Source: Octopus vulgaris (lineage: Eukaryota). Taken from it: a stretch of DNA of 64,000 nt. Position numbers and translations under genes: made by a program. A model generated the notes under the pieces. The model was not told the origin of the DNA, did not search any database, and saw nothing but the letters and a program-made list of their open reading frames with translations. Each line of letters starts with the position of its first letter. Position 1 is the stretch's first letter. The stretch spans positions 66,712,001-66,776,000 of the forward strand of contig OX597815.1 in the NCBI GenBank assembly GCA_951406725.2, given 5' to 3'. This document shows, one piece after another, positions 1-13,380 of the stretch.

Positions 1-164
1 CAAATTCCTCTCAGTGAACATATAGGAAGATGTGCAGATAACATCAAACCAAATTTCACAGTCTTCCCCTTCTACCAGTGCAAAGACACAATCTCTCCAC
101 AAGAACGTTTAAATAAACTTTTTTCATTGAAAAATACAGAACACGTCTTAATATGCACACATAA
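1..164 (+). pseudogene. Penelope-like element GIY-YIG endonuclease C-terminal fragment (frameshifted, runs off window start)
   Basis: Manual translation gives QIPLSEHIGRCADNIKPNFTVFPFYQCKDTISPQERLNK / FFIEKYRTRLN*. This resembles the PLE endonuclease tail (R..KE..FI.K..LN). It is followed by a decayed hammerhead-like motif (GAAACCGGTC, ~456-465) and (TA)n at ~580. Confidence 0.6.
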
Positions 165-1167
165 CCAACTTTTATCTTTTTACATATTTCAATTCACGAT
201 TACATCACTATACATAAATCCCCTCACTAAACAAGTTTTTCGAAACCTTTTTTTGTCTGTACATATATATTCCCCTCCCCTTACCTCCCTTGCCCACAAC
301 AATAACAATAATAACGATAACCAATTACCTCCCCTTATTTTCTACTTGTGAAGTCATTCACTCGTAAATATCATCACATGCAACATGGACAAAATTTCTT
401 CTTAAGAAAGTACATATTCAAATAAGTAAAATATAATATCATGAATAGCAATAGCGAAACCGGTCGATATATTAAAAATTATATTAAAACTGTGTAAAGT
501 GTGCGTATTTTCCTTTTTTAATTTCTTATATACATTATGACTCACCACGTGGGGATAATCGAAATTCCTCTTTTCTGTAATATATATATATATATTAATC
601 TTAGGTAACAACATCTGCATCTATAATTAGCAGAGATAAAGGCATCCCGAATATTTTAGCAAGTTTAAAGTGATTTCTTTTGTGCTGTAACCCATTTACC
701 ATTTCTGGGGTGCCCCTTCATTCCCTTGATGCCCTAAGCACGTGTTTATTTTGCTTAACGCTTAATCCATTTTGCTTAATGCTTAGCCCTTACTGTTTGT
801 TTTCATTGTCCTGTTTTTGTTACCACCTTTGACTCTCCGCAAATCCCAAATTTTATTTTGCTTTGCGGGATCAACTGCCTTCTCGAAGACACATCTTGTC
901 ATAATTGCTCGAAATGTGGAGTAAACAGCCGACAACTGATGAAGGGTCGTTCTTTACGTCACTTATCTTGTTTTCCATTTGTTTCTCTCGTTGTTCGCAA
1001 AAAAATTCGTATTCCATGTATTTCATGTTGTTTATATTTTATGACCTCCTGTACCCATATATGCATATGTATATACATATATAAGTATGTACCTATATGT
1101 ATATATGCATATATATATATTATTTATATTATTATATGATTGAACGAATAGCATCCATTTCCAAGAA

Positions 1168-1285
<118 letters not shown>

Positions 1286-2461
1286 ACAGGCTTCTTTCAC
1301 TTTCCGTCTAATAAATCCACTCACAAGAATTTGGTCAGCCCGAGGCTATAGGAGGCTATAGGAGAAGACACTTGCCCAAAGTGCTACGCAGTTGAACTGA
1401 ACCCAGTACCGTGTACGTGTGTGTATGCAAGCTTACACACACATACATACACACGATCACATCCAACGTGCTTTCAGAAATGGATTAAAGGGTACTTTTC
1501 CATTTCATTGAATCAATTTAAATCCCTTACGTACATACATACAGATACACACACACACACACACCCGCACCTCTTTCCCGTGTATTGACGTCATACCTGT
1601 TGATATTTCCCCTAAATATATCTGATTTTTCTCATAGTCTGACGATGATTAACGAATTTTTCCGATGAGGCGGTGTAGCAACAGGCTGGAGGCGTGAAGA
1701 GAGTTACAGTTCTATATTTTAGCACTTCTAATTAAATATTTATGTCGACGAGTGTCCTTCTGTAAGTGTGCTAGTAGTGTGATTCTTGATTCTTAAGTAT
1801 GTGCGTGTTGTGTGCAAATATCTTGTGTGAGTATATTTTGTGTCTGCTAATAAATATGTATGTGTGTATGTCTGTTTTTGTGCTTGCGTGTCTATGAAAG
1901 AGAGAGTGTGTGTGTGTGAGAGAGAAAGAGAGAGAGAGTATAAGTGAGTGAGAAGAGCCATTTCTGTCGTCTGCTTCCGAGTGTATGGATGTGTGTATGT
2001 GTATGTTAATGTAATTCTATTTTCTAAATGTGTGTATGTGTGTGTGTTAGTGTGATTCGCCCCCGTTTGCGTTTTGTGTACATGTGTGTGTGTATGTGTG
2101 TGTATACGAGTGTATGTGTGTGTGTGTGCGTATGTGAGCGTCTATCATCTGTGAATGTGTGTTTTGTATATGTTCGCGTGACAAGGATTGAGTCTGAAAA
2201 AAAGTGAGAGAGGGGACACAAAGAAAATGTGTATTTCTGTTGCACTGTGTGTGTGTATGTGCGTGCGCGTGCGTGCGTGTGTGTATGTGTGTGGGTGTGT
2301 GTGACTGTCTGTCTGTGAATGTGTATGTGCGCGCGCCTGTATTTTGCACGTGCTTTGGCCTCTAAATACGCCAAAGTGAACATATTTATAGGATATATTT
2401 ATTCGGTATTTAAACATTAAAGGAGTGTGCTCAGTAATTAATATATATTCTTTTCTACTCA

Positions 2462-3000
2462 AGACACAAGACCCAAAATTTGGGTGGAGGGAGCCAGTCG
2501 ATTAGCTCGACTCCAGTACGCAACTGGTACTTAATTCGACCCCCGAAAGGATGAAAGGCAAAGTCGATCTCGGTGGAATTTGAACTCAGAACATAAAGAC
2601 AGACGAAATACCTATTTCTATTTCTTTACTACCCACAAGGGGCTAAACACAGAGACGACAAACAAGGACAGACAAACGGATTAATTCGATTACATCGACC
2701 CCAGTGTTAACTGGTACTTATTTAATCGACCCTGAAAGAATGAAAGGCAAAGTCGACCTCGGCGGAATATAGAGCCGGAAGAAATACCTATTTCTTTACT
2801 ACCCACAAGGGGCTAAACACAGAGAGGACAAACAAGGACAGACAAACGGATTAAGTCGATTACATCGACCCCAGTGCGTAACTGGTATTTAATTTAATGA
2901 CCCCGAAAGGATGAAAGGCAAAGTCAACCTCGGCGGAATTTGAACTCATAACGCAGCGACGGACGAAATAACGCAAAGCATTTTGCCTGGCTCGCCGCCT
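2462..3000 (-). mobile_element. Stack of three tRNA-derived SINE copies/fragments (family A, head GGCGGCGAGCTGGCAGAA)
   Basis: The block gtcgattacatcgaccccagt...ccgaaaggatgaaaggcaaagtcgacctcggcggaatttgaactcagaac repeats three times. A B-box-like GAGTTCAAATTCC lies on the minus strand. Confidence 0.85.
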
Positions 3001-3680
3001 TTGATTAATATATATTATATATCTTTTTACTTCTTCAAGGGTTTCAGTCTCCACTAGTTTTTTTTCTTTTTTTTTTTTATCTGATATTTGTTTTGTTGGT
3101 CACTTTTGCTGAACAGGTTGTCATGTGGTGGCGCGTGTGAGGAGTAAGAAACTCAGACAAACACCCACACACACATGCGCGCGTGCACACTTGTACACAC
3201 ACGCACACACACACATACACACACACAAGCTGAGTAGGCCGTCGTTGCTGGACAATTTTCAAAATAGAATGTCTTTCATTTTCTGTTTACTCCATGTCAG
3301 GCCATATCTTCCCCGACCGATAAGCCTCTTGATCAGGACGGATTTCTGCATTATTTTGAGACTCGTTAACTATAAAACAATTAATTAACAATTAAAACGA
3401 TAAAACTAAACTATAAAAGATGTAATGAGAGGATATGAAATTAGAGAGGAAGGCTGGTTGTCTAAGCAACCTTGAGAACAGATGTTGTTCTGGGGAAATG
3501 AAAATGATCATTTTCATCAACCTTGCAGTTTCATGGGAAGAAAGGTGCACTCAAGCCTTTCAACAGAAGAAGGCCGAACCATCAGGTCCTTTTTCGGGTT
3601 TGCGGGGATAAAAGTGGTGGATGTGCCTATTCCCAGTTGCTGTTGGCGACATCGAGGTTAAGGCTAAATTCACCAAACGT

Positions 3681-3989
3681 TAACCATTTTTTATCTATAG
3701 ACACCTTTGATTACTATTTTATTCTGGTGGAACCCCATGACCATTCGATGTTTAAAACCTAGTTTCATAGAAATTTCTTTCAAAATTCCTATTTTATTTT
3801 TCTCACATTAACTTGTGTAGGTTGAATTATGTAAGATATTAGAAACCTAGCTGGTTTTTGCAATATATACATATAAAGCAAAAATTTTTCGGGTCCCCTA
3901 AAAATACTATTGTGAATCCCCAAATTATTATTTTGTTGCATGAACCTCCCAAAATCAGGGACCATATGGACCCCGGTTGAGAACCAGTG
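3681..3989 (-). mobile_element. hAT-like MITE (one terminus preserved)
   Basis: Minus-strand start CACTGGTTCTCAACC resembles Charlie-type hAT ends. Homologous to the split copy at 20580-20760 + 22337-22490. Confidence 0.55.
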
Positions 3990-4406
3990 TTCTAGAGGAT
4001 CCCCCCCCCCGCCTATCCAATCAGTACGGAGAATGCTCATAGCCATTGGGATGACATGAAAAGATGTTTAAAAGACACAACCACAACTGCTTGCTACAGG
4101 TGGGGATGCAAAAAGTTCTTGTATGGAATGAGAGAGAGAGAGAGCTGAGCTGAAAGCCAGAAGGAGGAGGTGGGAAGTGTTCAGGTCGCCACTGTTAACA
4201 CGCCAACAGGAGTTAAAGCATCAATTGCCATCGTCTGGCGACATCGAGGTTAAGGCTAAATTTATCAAACGTTAACATTCAAAAAACGTTACAATTCACC
4301 AAGCGCTACATTCACCAATATGTAACCAGATGAGCCATCTTCATTTAGAAGTAATTATTCCATGATCTCAAACACATTTTCTCTCGTTCCCTTTCACGCA
4401 AATACA

Positions 4407-4484
<78 letters not shown>

Positions 4485-4646
4485 GGTCGTGTTATTCTTT
4501 GCTCCGCAGTGAAAGATTGTTTTTGTGCAGAAAATTGTGAAAATTTGCTGTTTTGTTCGTCGAGACCACTTCTTTTCTGCTGTTGCAGCAGAGTTTTGCT
4601 GTTGTTTCCCCCTTGAAACAAGGGGGAAGCGACGAAAAACATCAAT

Positions 4647-5678
4647 TTGCCACCAATTTCTTCCGAGTCCGAGGAAAACTTTGAAAATTTGTTTGAAGGC
4701 ATAAAGGTGAATATGTGGGAGGAGAAAGGTAAAGGCATAGAGGCGTCTCACGCGCTTGTTACAAAAGCAAACGACAAGATGTCTTGCGAGGCTAAACAAG
4801 AGGAAAAATCAAAAATAAATTTTGCGAGTGCAGCAACTTGCCCCTGTGAAAATATAGTCATTAACAAGGAAGATTTAAAGAAATATCAAGGACTAATAAA
4901 AAAAGAAGGTGATAATGTGAAGTTTCTCCCTCCCAGTGAATTAATTTACGCGCCGGAGAGAAAAACTGTGATATACAAAACATATCATGTAAAAAATTAA
5001 AAAATCGACTTCGTACCGAGGGAAGCGATAGAAAAATGCTTGAGGCTGATATGGCAACAAACAAGCTACATAACGAGAGGTAGTCGCTTCGGCACTGTAG
5101 AGGTACATTTCCCTAGCGAAGAAAAAGCTAAGAAACATTCAACAATGACATTGAAGTCGGAGGAAGTAGTTCTCCTGCCGACTTACTTAGGAAAGAGAAC
5201 TTCAAAAGTCACAGTCACGGATATACCACCCGAAATAGATGTGGCCTGGGTGATAGCCGCTATTCTCATAGGCAAAGAAGAAGAAATTTCAATTCTTCAG
5301 TCTAAGAGATACCAGCACATGAACTGGGTTGGACAAGATTTAGACCTTGTCATCCAAGCAAACCCCTCAGACTTAGAAAAAATGCCCAGTTCCCTTACAA
5401 TTGGAGAAAATACCAGCCTGATGGTGGTAGTCGAGGAGAGAAAGCCCAGATGTTACAAATGTGGCGAGAAAGGCCACATAAGGTCGAGCTGTAAGAAGAA
5501 GACAGCCAAAGAAAACGCAGCAGAAGAGGCAAGCACGACGCCGAAGACAACGACCACACCGCTAGAAATAGCAGCCACGTCGCGCACACCATTTGCCGAA
5601 GTACAGCCGACAGCGGGAGAAAACAACAACAACAACGACAACAACAACAACAAGGAGTGGGTCACCGTGGAACCTTAA
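4647..5678 (+). pseudogene. Tx1-like ORF1 (gag-like, RRM-like region plus CCHC zinc knuckle), frameshifted near 5000
   Basis: ORFs 4647-5000 and 5040-5678. Motifs CYKCGEKGHIRSSC (CX2CX4HX4C), RFGTVEVHF and SKVTVTDIPPEI; a W-x-x-V motif near the end. Confidence 0.75.
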
Positions 5679-5824
5679 AAAAAAAAGACGGAAACGGAAA
5701 AAACCCACCCTCTTCGGATACACAGGACTATGCTCCGAGACAGACAAGCATACCCACACCCACAAATACAGTCGCAAACACACACGTAGCCAAAAAAACA
5801 CACACACTGGAAAAAGCACACACA

Positions 5825-6321
5825 TTTTAGCCTTTCAATTTTTTTTTATTAATTGTTAAATTAATTTAAGGATAACAATTAAGAAAAAAAACGAAAGACT
5901 AAAACGAAAGCAATGGAAAATAATCTTAATTTAACAATTAAGAAAAAAAAGACGAAAGGCTAAAACGAAAGCAAAAACTCAAAACAAAAGCAAAACCAAT
6001 AATTTTAGACACACGCGTAACAATTAAATTAATTTAACAATTAAGAAAAAAAAACGAAAGGCTAAAATTTAGGGTTAGGGTTAGGGTGAGGGTTAGGGTT
6101 AGTGACAGGATGTTGTCTGTTTTAGACGCAGCAATAGAGGCGATAGGATTGGTTAAAATTCGAAAAATTAAACTACGTTAAACTTACAAATTACAATTTT
6201 CTCAAGAAAGCCAAGAGAAAAAAATGTTTTATTTTGACACATTCTACCAGTATACGAAGTTTAAAAGTGTTTAGCTAACTAGAAATTGTGTTGAAAACTG
6301 CCGTTCAAAAGGAAAAGATCC
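5825..6321. mobile_element. Right half of GGATC-ended MITE carrying (TTAGGG)n
   Basis: Ends ...aactgccgttcaaaaggaaaagatcc, with a TTAGGG tract at 6069-6102. Nearly identical to 24297-24682. Confidence 0.75.
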
Positions 6322-6755
6322 CGAGATAAGCTCTTTAGACATGGGTGTGCACCTTCGTCGGTTTGTGCAAGATGTGAGAGGGACAGTTAAACTGTCCTGC
6401 ACGCGATTGTGCAATGCCCCAAGGTGACTGACTCTGGGCTTATGTTGAACAGTTGCTGTCGCATTCGAGAAGAGTACAACTGTCGAGCGAATCTGTAATT
6501 AAGATAGTTCCGCCGGCCTCCTTGAATAGGGAGGAGTGAGTCTGTTTTCTCTCGGTAGTTGCTGTTGCGAAAGAAGTAGTATGGAAGACGAGAGTGAAAG
6601 GAATTGCAACAGGCGTGTTTATCTCCAGTCTCGAGCTCATTGACTTTTTCGTTTTCCCCATGAAACGGAAAATAAGGCTGGAGAAGAAATGCCTGTCGCA
6701 AAGTGTGTTTCGTAAAAGATGGAAGTCTATAGCAAGTATGTTGCGAGTGAAAGAA
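6322..6755 (+). pseudogene. Tx1-like ORF2 C-terminal zinc-binding (zf-RVT) region
   Basis: Manual translation RDKLFRHGCAPSSVCARCERDS*TVLHAIVQCPKV...AKEVVWKTR...FRKRW, with stops and frameshifts. Confidence 0.7.
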
Positions 6756-7138
6756 CCTGTTTAATCGAGAATGTAAAAAAGGAGAAAGCAAAGTCTCCAG
6801 TGTGAGTATGTGGTTTGTGGGGTCAACCGTGTCCTCCGCTTCATTTTTTGTTAATAACTCATTCTCATTTAATTGTATATATTTTAATTGTTTGTTTATT
6901 CATACGTTTCGTCTCATTCGATACCTTGACCCCCAACGTTTGTTTTGTCTGTCCCCGTATTGTCCCCTCTTTTTCTCAACCTTATGGTGAATAAAGAAAA
7001 ACTCTCTTACCCCCCACACACACACGAATTCACAAACTACATCGCCTTTCAAGCCAATGTGCTCGCACACCTACATACACCCCCTCACACACACACACTC
7101 CGAAATTTTCGATCGCTTTGTATTTTCTCTTCCCATTT

Positions 7139-7182
<44 letters not shown>

Positions 7183-7438
7183 TTCCTGTTTTCCTCGTTT
7201 TCTCTCCCCTTTCTTTCCCACTCTCTATTTATTTTATTTTCTCTCATCTCCGTTACATTTAATCTTCATAGTTTGTATCTGACGTTACTGTGTGGTTGTA
7301 TGTGTGTCAGCTCAGGTGACAATGAATCCAATCCATATAAAACACCGCACCCAACCATCATCATATACAGTTATCATACACTCCCCCACCTTTTCCTTAT
7401 CACCATAGGATCGGTCATTCCGTAATCTTCTCTTCTTC

Positions 7439-7493
<55 letters not shown>

Positions 7494-8177
7494 CACTCCT
7501 TCGTGACATTCCTTAATGTCTGCTGTCGTTCATTGCATTAATCTCAACAAATGGGGATTCAGCCATATTTTATTGTTTAAAGGACGTCCTTAGTTAAGTC
7601 CCAGAAAATTATATCTTTCACTTTCTGCCCCTTTCTCTCTGTTCGCAGGTAATTACTGGGACTAACTTCCTAATACACGTGACAGAGGCTTATATTTTAT
7701 TTCTTCAATGACGTTTTTAAATTCCGGATATAATTCCCTCTACCCCGCCCACTTTGTGACGTAGCGGGAATGTAAGCCGCCTGGGACAGTCCTTGGGTTT
7801 CCTATTCCCTGAAACCCCAAGCCTATACAAGTTTATACAGCAAAACAAAGTGTCACCGTCATAAATTTGGTGACACCCCCTCACTCTCCCTAACTACACT
7901 CCTGCCTATCTTCCCATAGGTGTTTATTGGGACAAACATCCTTATACATGTGACAGTGACTTAAATATGACAATCACCATGTCGATTTGCAGAATCAGTA
8001 GAGCATCGGATTGGCAGTATTCGTCCCCGTAACTTACCCGTTCGGCAAAAGAAAACGATAGAATAAGTACCACACTTAAAAAAATTATTATTAGGGCCGA
8101 TTTGTTCAATTAAACTTTTTAAAACACTGCTTCAGCATGGTCGCTGTCCAATGACTAAAACAAGAAAAAGATAATCA

Positions 8178-8562
8178 TCTCTCTCTATATAAACGGCAGT
8201 TTGTCTGTGCGTGTTTCTGTGTGTCTGTTTGCTTGTACCCTCACCCTGACCACGGCTTTCAACCGATTCTGATGAAACTTGACACACACATAGCCCAATG
8301 TCATAATTCAAAACTAACGCAGCGAAAATTTTGAAAAGTTCCCCCAGTTCTGAAAAAAATCGATAAATTCGACATGGGGTCGAGAATCAGGAATACGAAC
8401 CACAAACTGTGTAGGGGACGCAACTCTACCTTTTTTAAATCTCAAAAAAAAATTTACCATCATTTTTTTCCATTTTTTTGCTATTTTTTGGCTATAACTC
8501 TCTAAAAATGCTTTATAGTTATTTCCCTTACAAACCTGAGCAACGCCGGGCGATACTGCTAG
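8178..8562 (+). mobile_element. Non-autonomous Helitron
   Basis: 5' TC, 3' CTAG preceded by the GC hairpin cgccgggcg, inserted between A and T, no TSD. A second copy lies on the minus strand at 44626-45007. Confidence 0.8.
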
Positions 8563-8834
8563 TTAGCGATAAACCTGTCTTGACAACAAACCACAACATA
8601 AAAACTAAAAGTTTGCCATATCTATCTTTTATTTGTTTCAGTCATTTGATTGCGGTCATACTGGGGCACCGTCTGGAAAGGTTTAGTCAAATAAATCGAC
8701 CCCAGTACTTATTTCTAATATTTTTAAAGCTTGGTACTTAATGTATCAGTCTTTATGCCGAAGCGCTAATTTACGTAGACGTAAACATACCAACACCGGT
8801 TGTCAAGCAGTGGTAGGGGACAAACACAGACACA

Positions 8835-8908
<74 letters not shown>

Positions 8909-9857
8909 CATAGTGTTGATGTGAATTGGGAGTGTATCTCCAAGTTCTTACCACAATGTTAACGGAAAATTGGTTTCAGGGTCAATTTCCGTTTAACTCC
9001 GTTGTTCTGTAGAGAAATACACGATAGTCTGCAGCTCAATAAGATATATAAATATTCTTTAGTCGACTGAATTATCAGTTTTCATGTGGTGTTTGTTATA
9101 GAGAGAATAACATTTAACACGGTTGTCAAACTTGAATAGATTATGCAAATGAGATTACTCACACTGCGCGAAGTTAGGCTCCTTTCGTTAATGTTTCCTC
9201 ACACATTGTGATGTGATATAAACTGCTCATGTGGTTGACTAGACTTAGATTCGTTATGCCTTAGTCATAAAAGGAAGAGTGGAGTTTGTGACCTTTTTGT
9301 GGGAGTGGTGTGAATGAAGTAGGAGAGGAAAGCGCGGGACTCAAATGTTGCTATTTGTAATAGGAAACTGTGCACTAAAATATTGACCTAACCTCAGACC
9401 GAAGAACCAGTTTAATTCCTATAACTAGGTTTATCGGTTCTTTTCGATCGCAAAATGATGCTTACGTGTGTAGAACTACACTTCATCTTTCTACAGGTTT
9501 ATTGTTCGTGTAGTAAGCTACGAAATTCTTACACTCACTATTTCCTGTAACGCAGCCTCATGCTCCCAGCAGACAAAATGGAAAAGGTGTTGCCCTGGAT
9601 GATGGTGAGGGAGATGCGCTGGAACAGCCACTTTAATTCATGGGGCTCGCACTTGCGCATAGCCACTTCCGTTCCGATAGCAGTGTGCAGAGATATGATC
9701 CGGGGGCGAGATACTTTGGCAACGTATCGGTGTAGTGCTTATATGCGCAGTGGTGTATGGCGTAGTGGTTAAGGTGTTGGGGGTCACAGGCATGAGGTCC
9801 TAGATTCAATTCTTGAACCAAATAATGCTTTGTGTCCTTGAGCAAGTGCTTTTCTAG

Positions 9858-9895
<38 letters not shown>

Positions 9896-9900
9896 ATTAT

Positions 9901-10232
9901 TGAGTGAGAGAATAGCGCACGTCATCAAAGTGATGTTGGGGTATAAGGGTACACCAAGCACTTGCATCACAACGATATGTGCTCGGCTTGGTAACCTCAT
10001 ATCAGGATAAACAGCGCATGACTTTGCAAACAGAGCCCAGTTAGAATTTTCTTGAGGTTGAGTTGACCGTCCCACTCAGAAGTTCATTGGATAACGGTTG
10101 TTTAAGGATGATGAACGAAACACCTATGTTTCCAGAGGTGAATTATTCAAACCCTAAAGAATTCCTCTCAACACATGGCCATGATGCTTCCTCATTACTC
10201 CTGCGCGTGGTCAGAGATGCTCATATCGTCAG
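9901..10232. mobile_element. Partial copy of the ~555-bp ATT-flanked element
   Basis: Starts tgagtgagag after (GTT)n-ttattat. Aligns by eye with 57100-57651 and 63384-63938; truncated by a family A SINE head. Confidence 0.75.
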
Positions 10233-10511
10233 CGCAAGCTGGTAGAATTGTTAGTGTGCCGAACACGATGCTTAGCGGCATTTCTTCCGACCCATTACTT
10301 TTTGAACTCAAAAAGTTAGTCTCTGTTTTCTGTACAAGCTTCGTCTGCCGTAGATGAAGCTTGTATACAAAATACAAATATGCACATGACTCGATAATTG
10401 ATCAATAAAGTTTATTAACCAAGGCATCAAATACACTTCGTCCCATATCGAGATTAGACAGAAAATTCTAACAAAATGTCATGCGCACACGCTCACACAC
10501 ACACACACATA

Positions 10512-10851
10512 GGAGTAGGCGTGGCTGTGTGGTAAGAAGCTTACATCCGAACCACATAGTTTCAGGTTCAGTCCCCACTGTATGATATCATAAGCAAGTG
10601 CTTTTTACTATAGCCTCCTGCCGACCGAAGCCCTATGAGTAGATTTGGTAGATGGAAACTGAAAGAAGCCTCTCTCTGTGTGTGTGTGTGTCTGTCTGTC
10701 TGTCCCGCACCACCGCTTGACATCCGGTATTGGTTTGTTTACGTCCCCGTAACTTAGCGGCTCAGCAAAAGTGACTAATAGAATATATGGAGTGAGGTCA
10801 ACTCATTCGACTAAAAATTCTTGAAGACGATATCCAGCATGGCCAGTCAAA
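10512..10851 (+). mobile_element. tRNA-derived SINE family B (head GGCGTAGGAGTGGCTGTGTGGTAAG)
   Basis: A-box-like TGGCTGTGTGG, B-box-like GGTTCAGTCC, internal (TG)n, 3' ccagcatggcc..cagtcaaatg. Other partial copies at ~1285-1410, ~8020-8172, ~8627-8835 and ~44385-44515. Confidence 0.8.
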
Positions 10852-11520
10852 TGGTCTTACTCTTCTGCCTCTCTCATCCCTTACTCCCTCCCCTACTCTT
10901 CCTCTCTCCTAGCACGTGACCAGTGGACAGTCAAAGGGCGTCGTTCATTTTCGGCCTGCTGCTGACCCAGCCAGACACGTCTGTGTTCCGTCCGTCAAAA
11001 ACTTTTTACATTTCTTTGCGCTACCTCAGTACGCTTGTCTTGATAGCCGAAAAAGCTTTTTTTGTTTGTATTGTACTGTATACGTATAATCATTCTTTTT
11101 GCATATTGTACAGTCACAAGGCATTTTCTATTGTGTATATACCCTTCCTTGCCTGTTATATCTTGTCATTATTTCTTATTGTACACGCAATGTTATTTTG
11201 TCCTGTCCTCACATATATTCGTCAGCTTTTTCCTGTAGCTCTATGCTCTGGCGCTCCCGGTAGATAACAGTGGTCTTGGTTTCTTCTCGTCATTTCACTC
11301 TGTGTGAGAATGCATGCTCTAAGTGATGTGTCATTTTCAGGAGTTTGCAGACAAATTTTTTTGTTTGTAAACAGTTGGCATCCAAGATTATGAGGTCTCG
11401 GACACCAACTGATGATAAAGTCAACTGCGAATGTTCCTTGTATCGTGTTTTGTCTCCCTTTTCTATCCGATATGTTTCGCCCAGGTTTTATCTATTTTTC
11501 CCTTCTCTGTATAACTTTTG

Positions 11521-11848
<328 letters not shown>

Positions 11849-12244
11849 CCGTGGAGTTTATATAAATGGATAAATAATAAAAGAATGAACGACATTCTTT
11901 ATTTAAAATCACTGCAATCGTTTCTACACATCTTTACAGCCGTAGTACATTGATGAAAGTTTACAGACAAAAAATTTTGTCTGTAAACTCTAGAAAATGA
12001 CACATTACTTAGAGTATGTATTCTCACACTGAAAGAAATGACGAGAACATCTAACGAAGGACTTATTTAAACAACCAGAGGAAGTGCATTTTACACCTTA
12101 TTTGTATGATAATGATTATAAACTCACCAATGTACTACAGGTGTAAAAATGTATTGAATCAATTGTAGTCATTTTAAATAATTTCGTTCTTTCCATTTTC
12201 TATCATTTATCTATTAATGTGTGTGTGTGTGTATGTGTGTGTGT

Positions 12245-12276
<32 letters not shown>

Positions 12277-12813
12277 ACACATTATCATCATCAATAACAG
12301 CAGTAGCTTCATCAAAGCTCCAAATCCAGAGTGGGGTTTCATATGCGGCGGCAACTGAATCAGAAGCCCCTCATTATAATCAGCGTCATTTGAAGGATGT
12401 CCATGAATCTAACGGTGAACTTATCCAGGAACTAACCGTTAACAAAAAAAAAATTCATTTAAAATAATGGACAACTACAAAACATACGCAACAGCAACGA
12501 CAACCGGACACGTATGTTGTGTAGACGACCACTTAAAACAACTCCTAAAATGGATATTTTTACTTACTCCCCCACAAACTCATTTCCTTGTGCTAACATT
12601 ATTTTTACTTATCCTCTCCCATATAAAAGAAATTTCCGGTTTAAACACTTCCTTTTCTCTATCCGGGATTTCGTTATTTTTATCCTGCTCCTTGACAAGT
12701 TTACAGTTATTTCTTATTTTGTGACGAAAAAACCGTAGACTACGAAAGATTTTTCAAAAAGATCGCATGATATTCTACAATGGAATTGGTCAAGGAAACT
12801 GGATATTGTATTA

Positions 12814-13380
12814 AACAACGAAGTGTATAATATCCACAACATATACATAAACACAAAATGGCGCTAGCTGTGATATCTCACTGAGAAACTTTCATTAGAA
12901 ACTTGAGTGTTAAAAAAAAGCTCAGAGCTCGTTCAGAATGTTGTAAGCAGATTGTCCGACACGGCGTTTCAAACACATTTGCTTTCCTCAGTGACGAACA
13001 CCACCAGATATTATAAACTAAACCGAAAGATATTTGTTTTCATAAAGAAATCAATAAACAAAACATTCACCGATTTGTGATAAAACTGGCCATGTAAGAA
13101 TTAAATTAATATACACGCTAGAAGCAGTATGAGATTATAATAATGATGTGTATAACATCTATAATGAATATGTAAACATAGATTCGTGGGGTTCATAGCT
13201 GGAGATAGCGAGTAAAGTCGAAGCACTGTATCTGACGCTCTTCGACGACATTATGAACGTGCTCTGGATTTTTTATGTACAGATCTCTTTGATAAGTTTC
13301 TCTTAGTCAAAATATTACAGCTAGCGCCATTCTACAATATATTTGTATATATACTGCAAATGTTATACACATCGTTATTT
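12814..13380. repeat. Old diverged inverted repeat (head-to-head PLE-like ends with decayed hammerhead motifs)
   Basis: aatggcgctagctgt (~12857) versus acagctagcgccatt (~13317), with ~180 bp of flanking similarity. CTGAGGA..GAAA on minus at ~12955-12996; CTGGAGA..GAAG on plus at ~13195-13237. Confidence 0.55.

Larger units (their letters stand above)
4481..7001 (+). mobile_element. Tx1/L1-group non-LTR retrotransposon, internally deleted (5'UTR + ORF1 + ORF2 C-terminus + 3'UTR)
   Basis: Starts immediately after (CT)n at 4410-4480. Contains ORF1 with a CCHC knuckle and the ORF2 zf-RVT tail. Ends AATAAAGAAAAA (6990-7001) followed by ctctct. Confidence 0.75.

Noticed and set aside
2465-3000. 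Regularly repeated blocks resembling a CRISPR array
   Set aside because: They are stacked SINE fragments with no unique spacers, in eukaryotic DNA.
3644-4276. 41-bp direct repeat tggcgacatcgaggttaaggctaaatt.. at ~3644 and ~4236
   Set aside because: Real but short; no element boundaries or function can be assigned.
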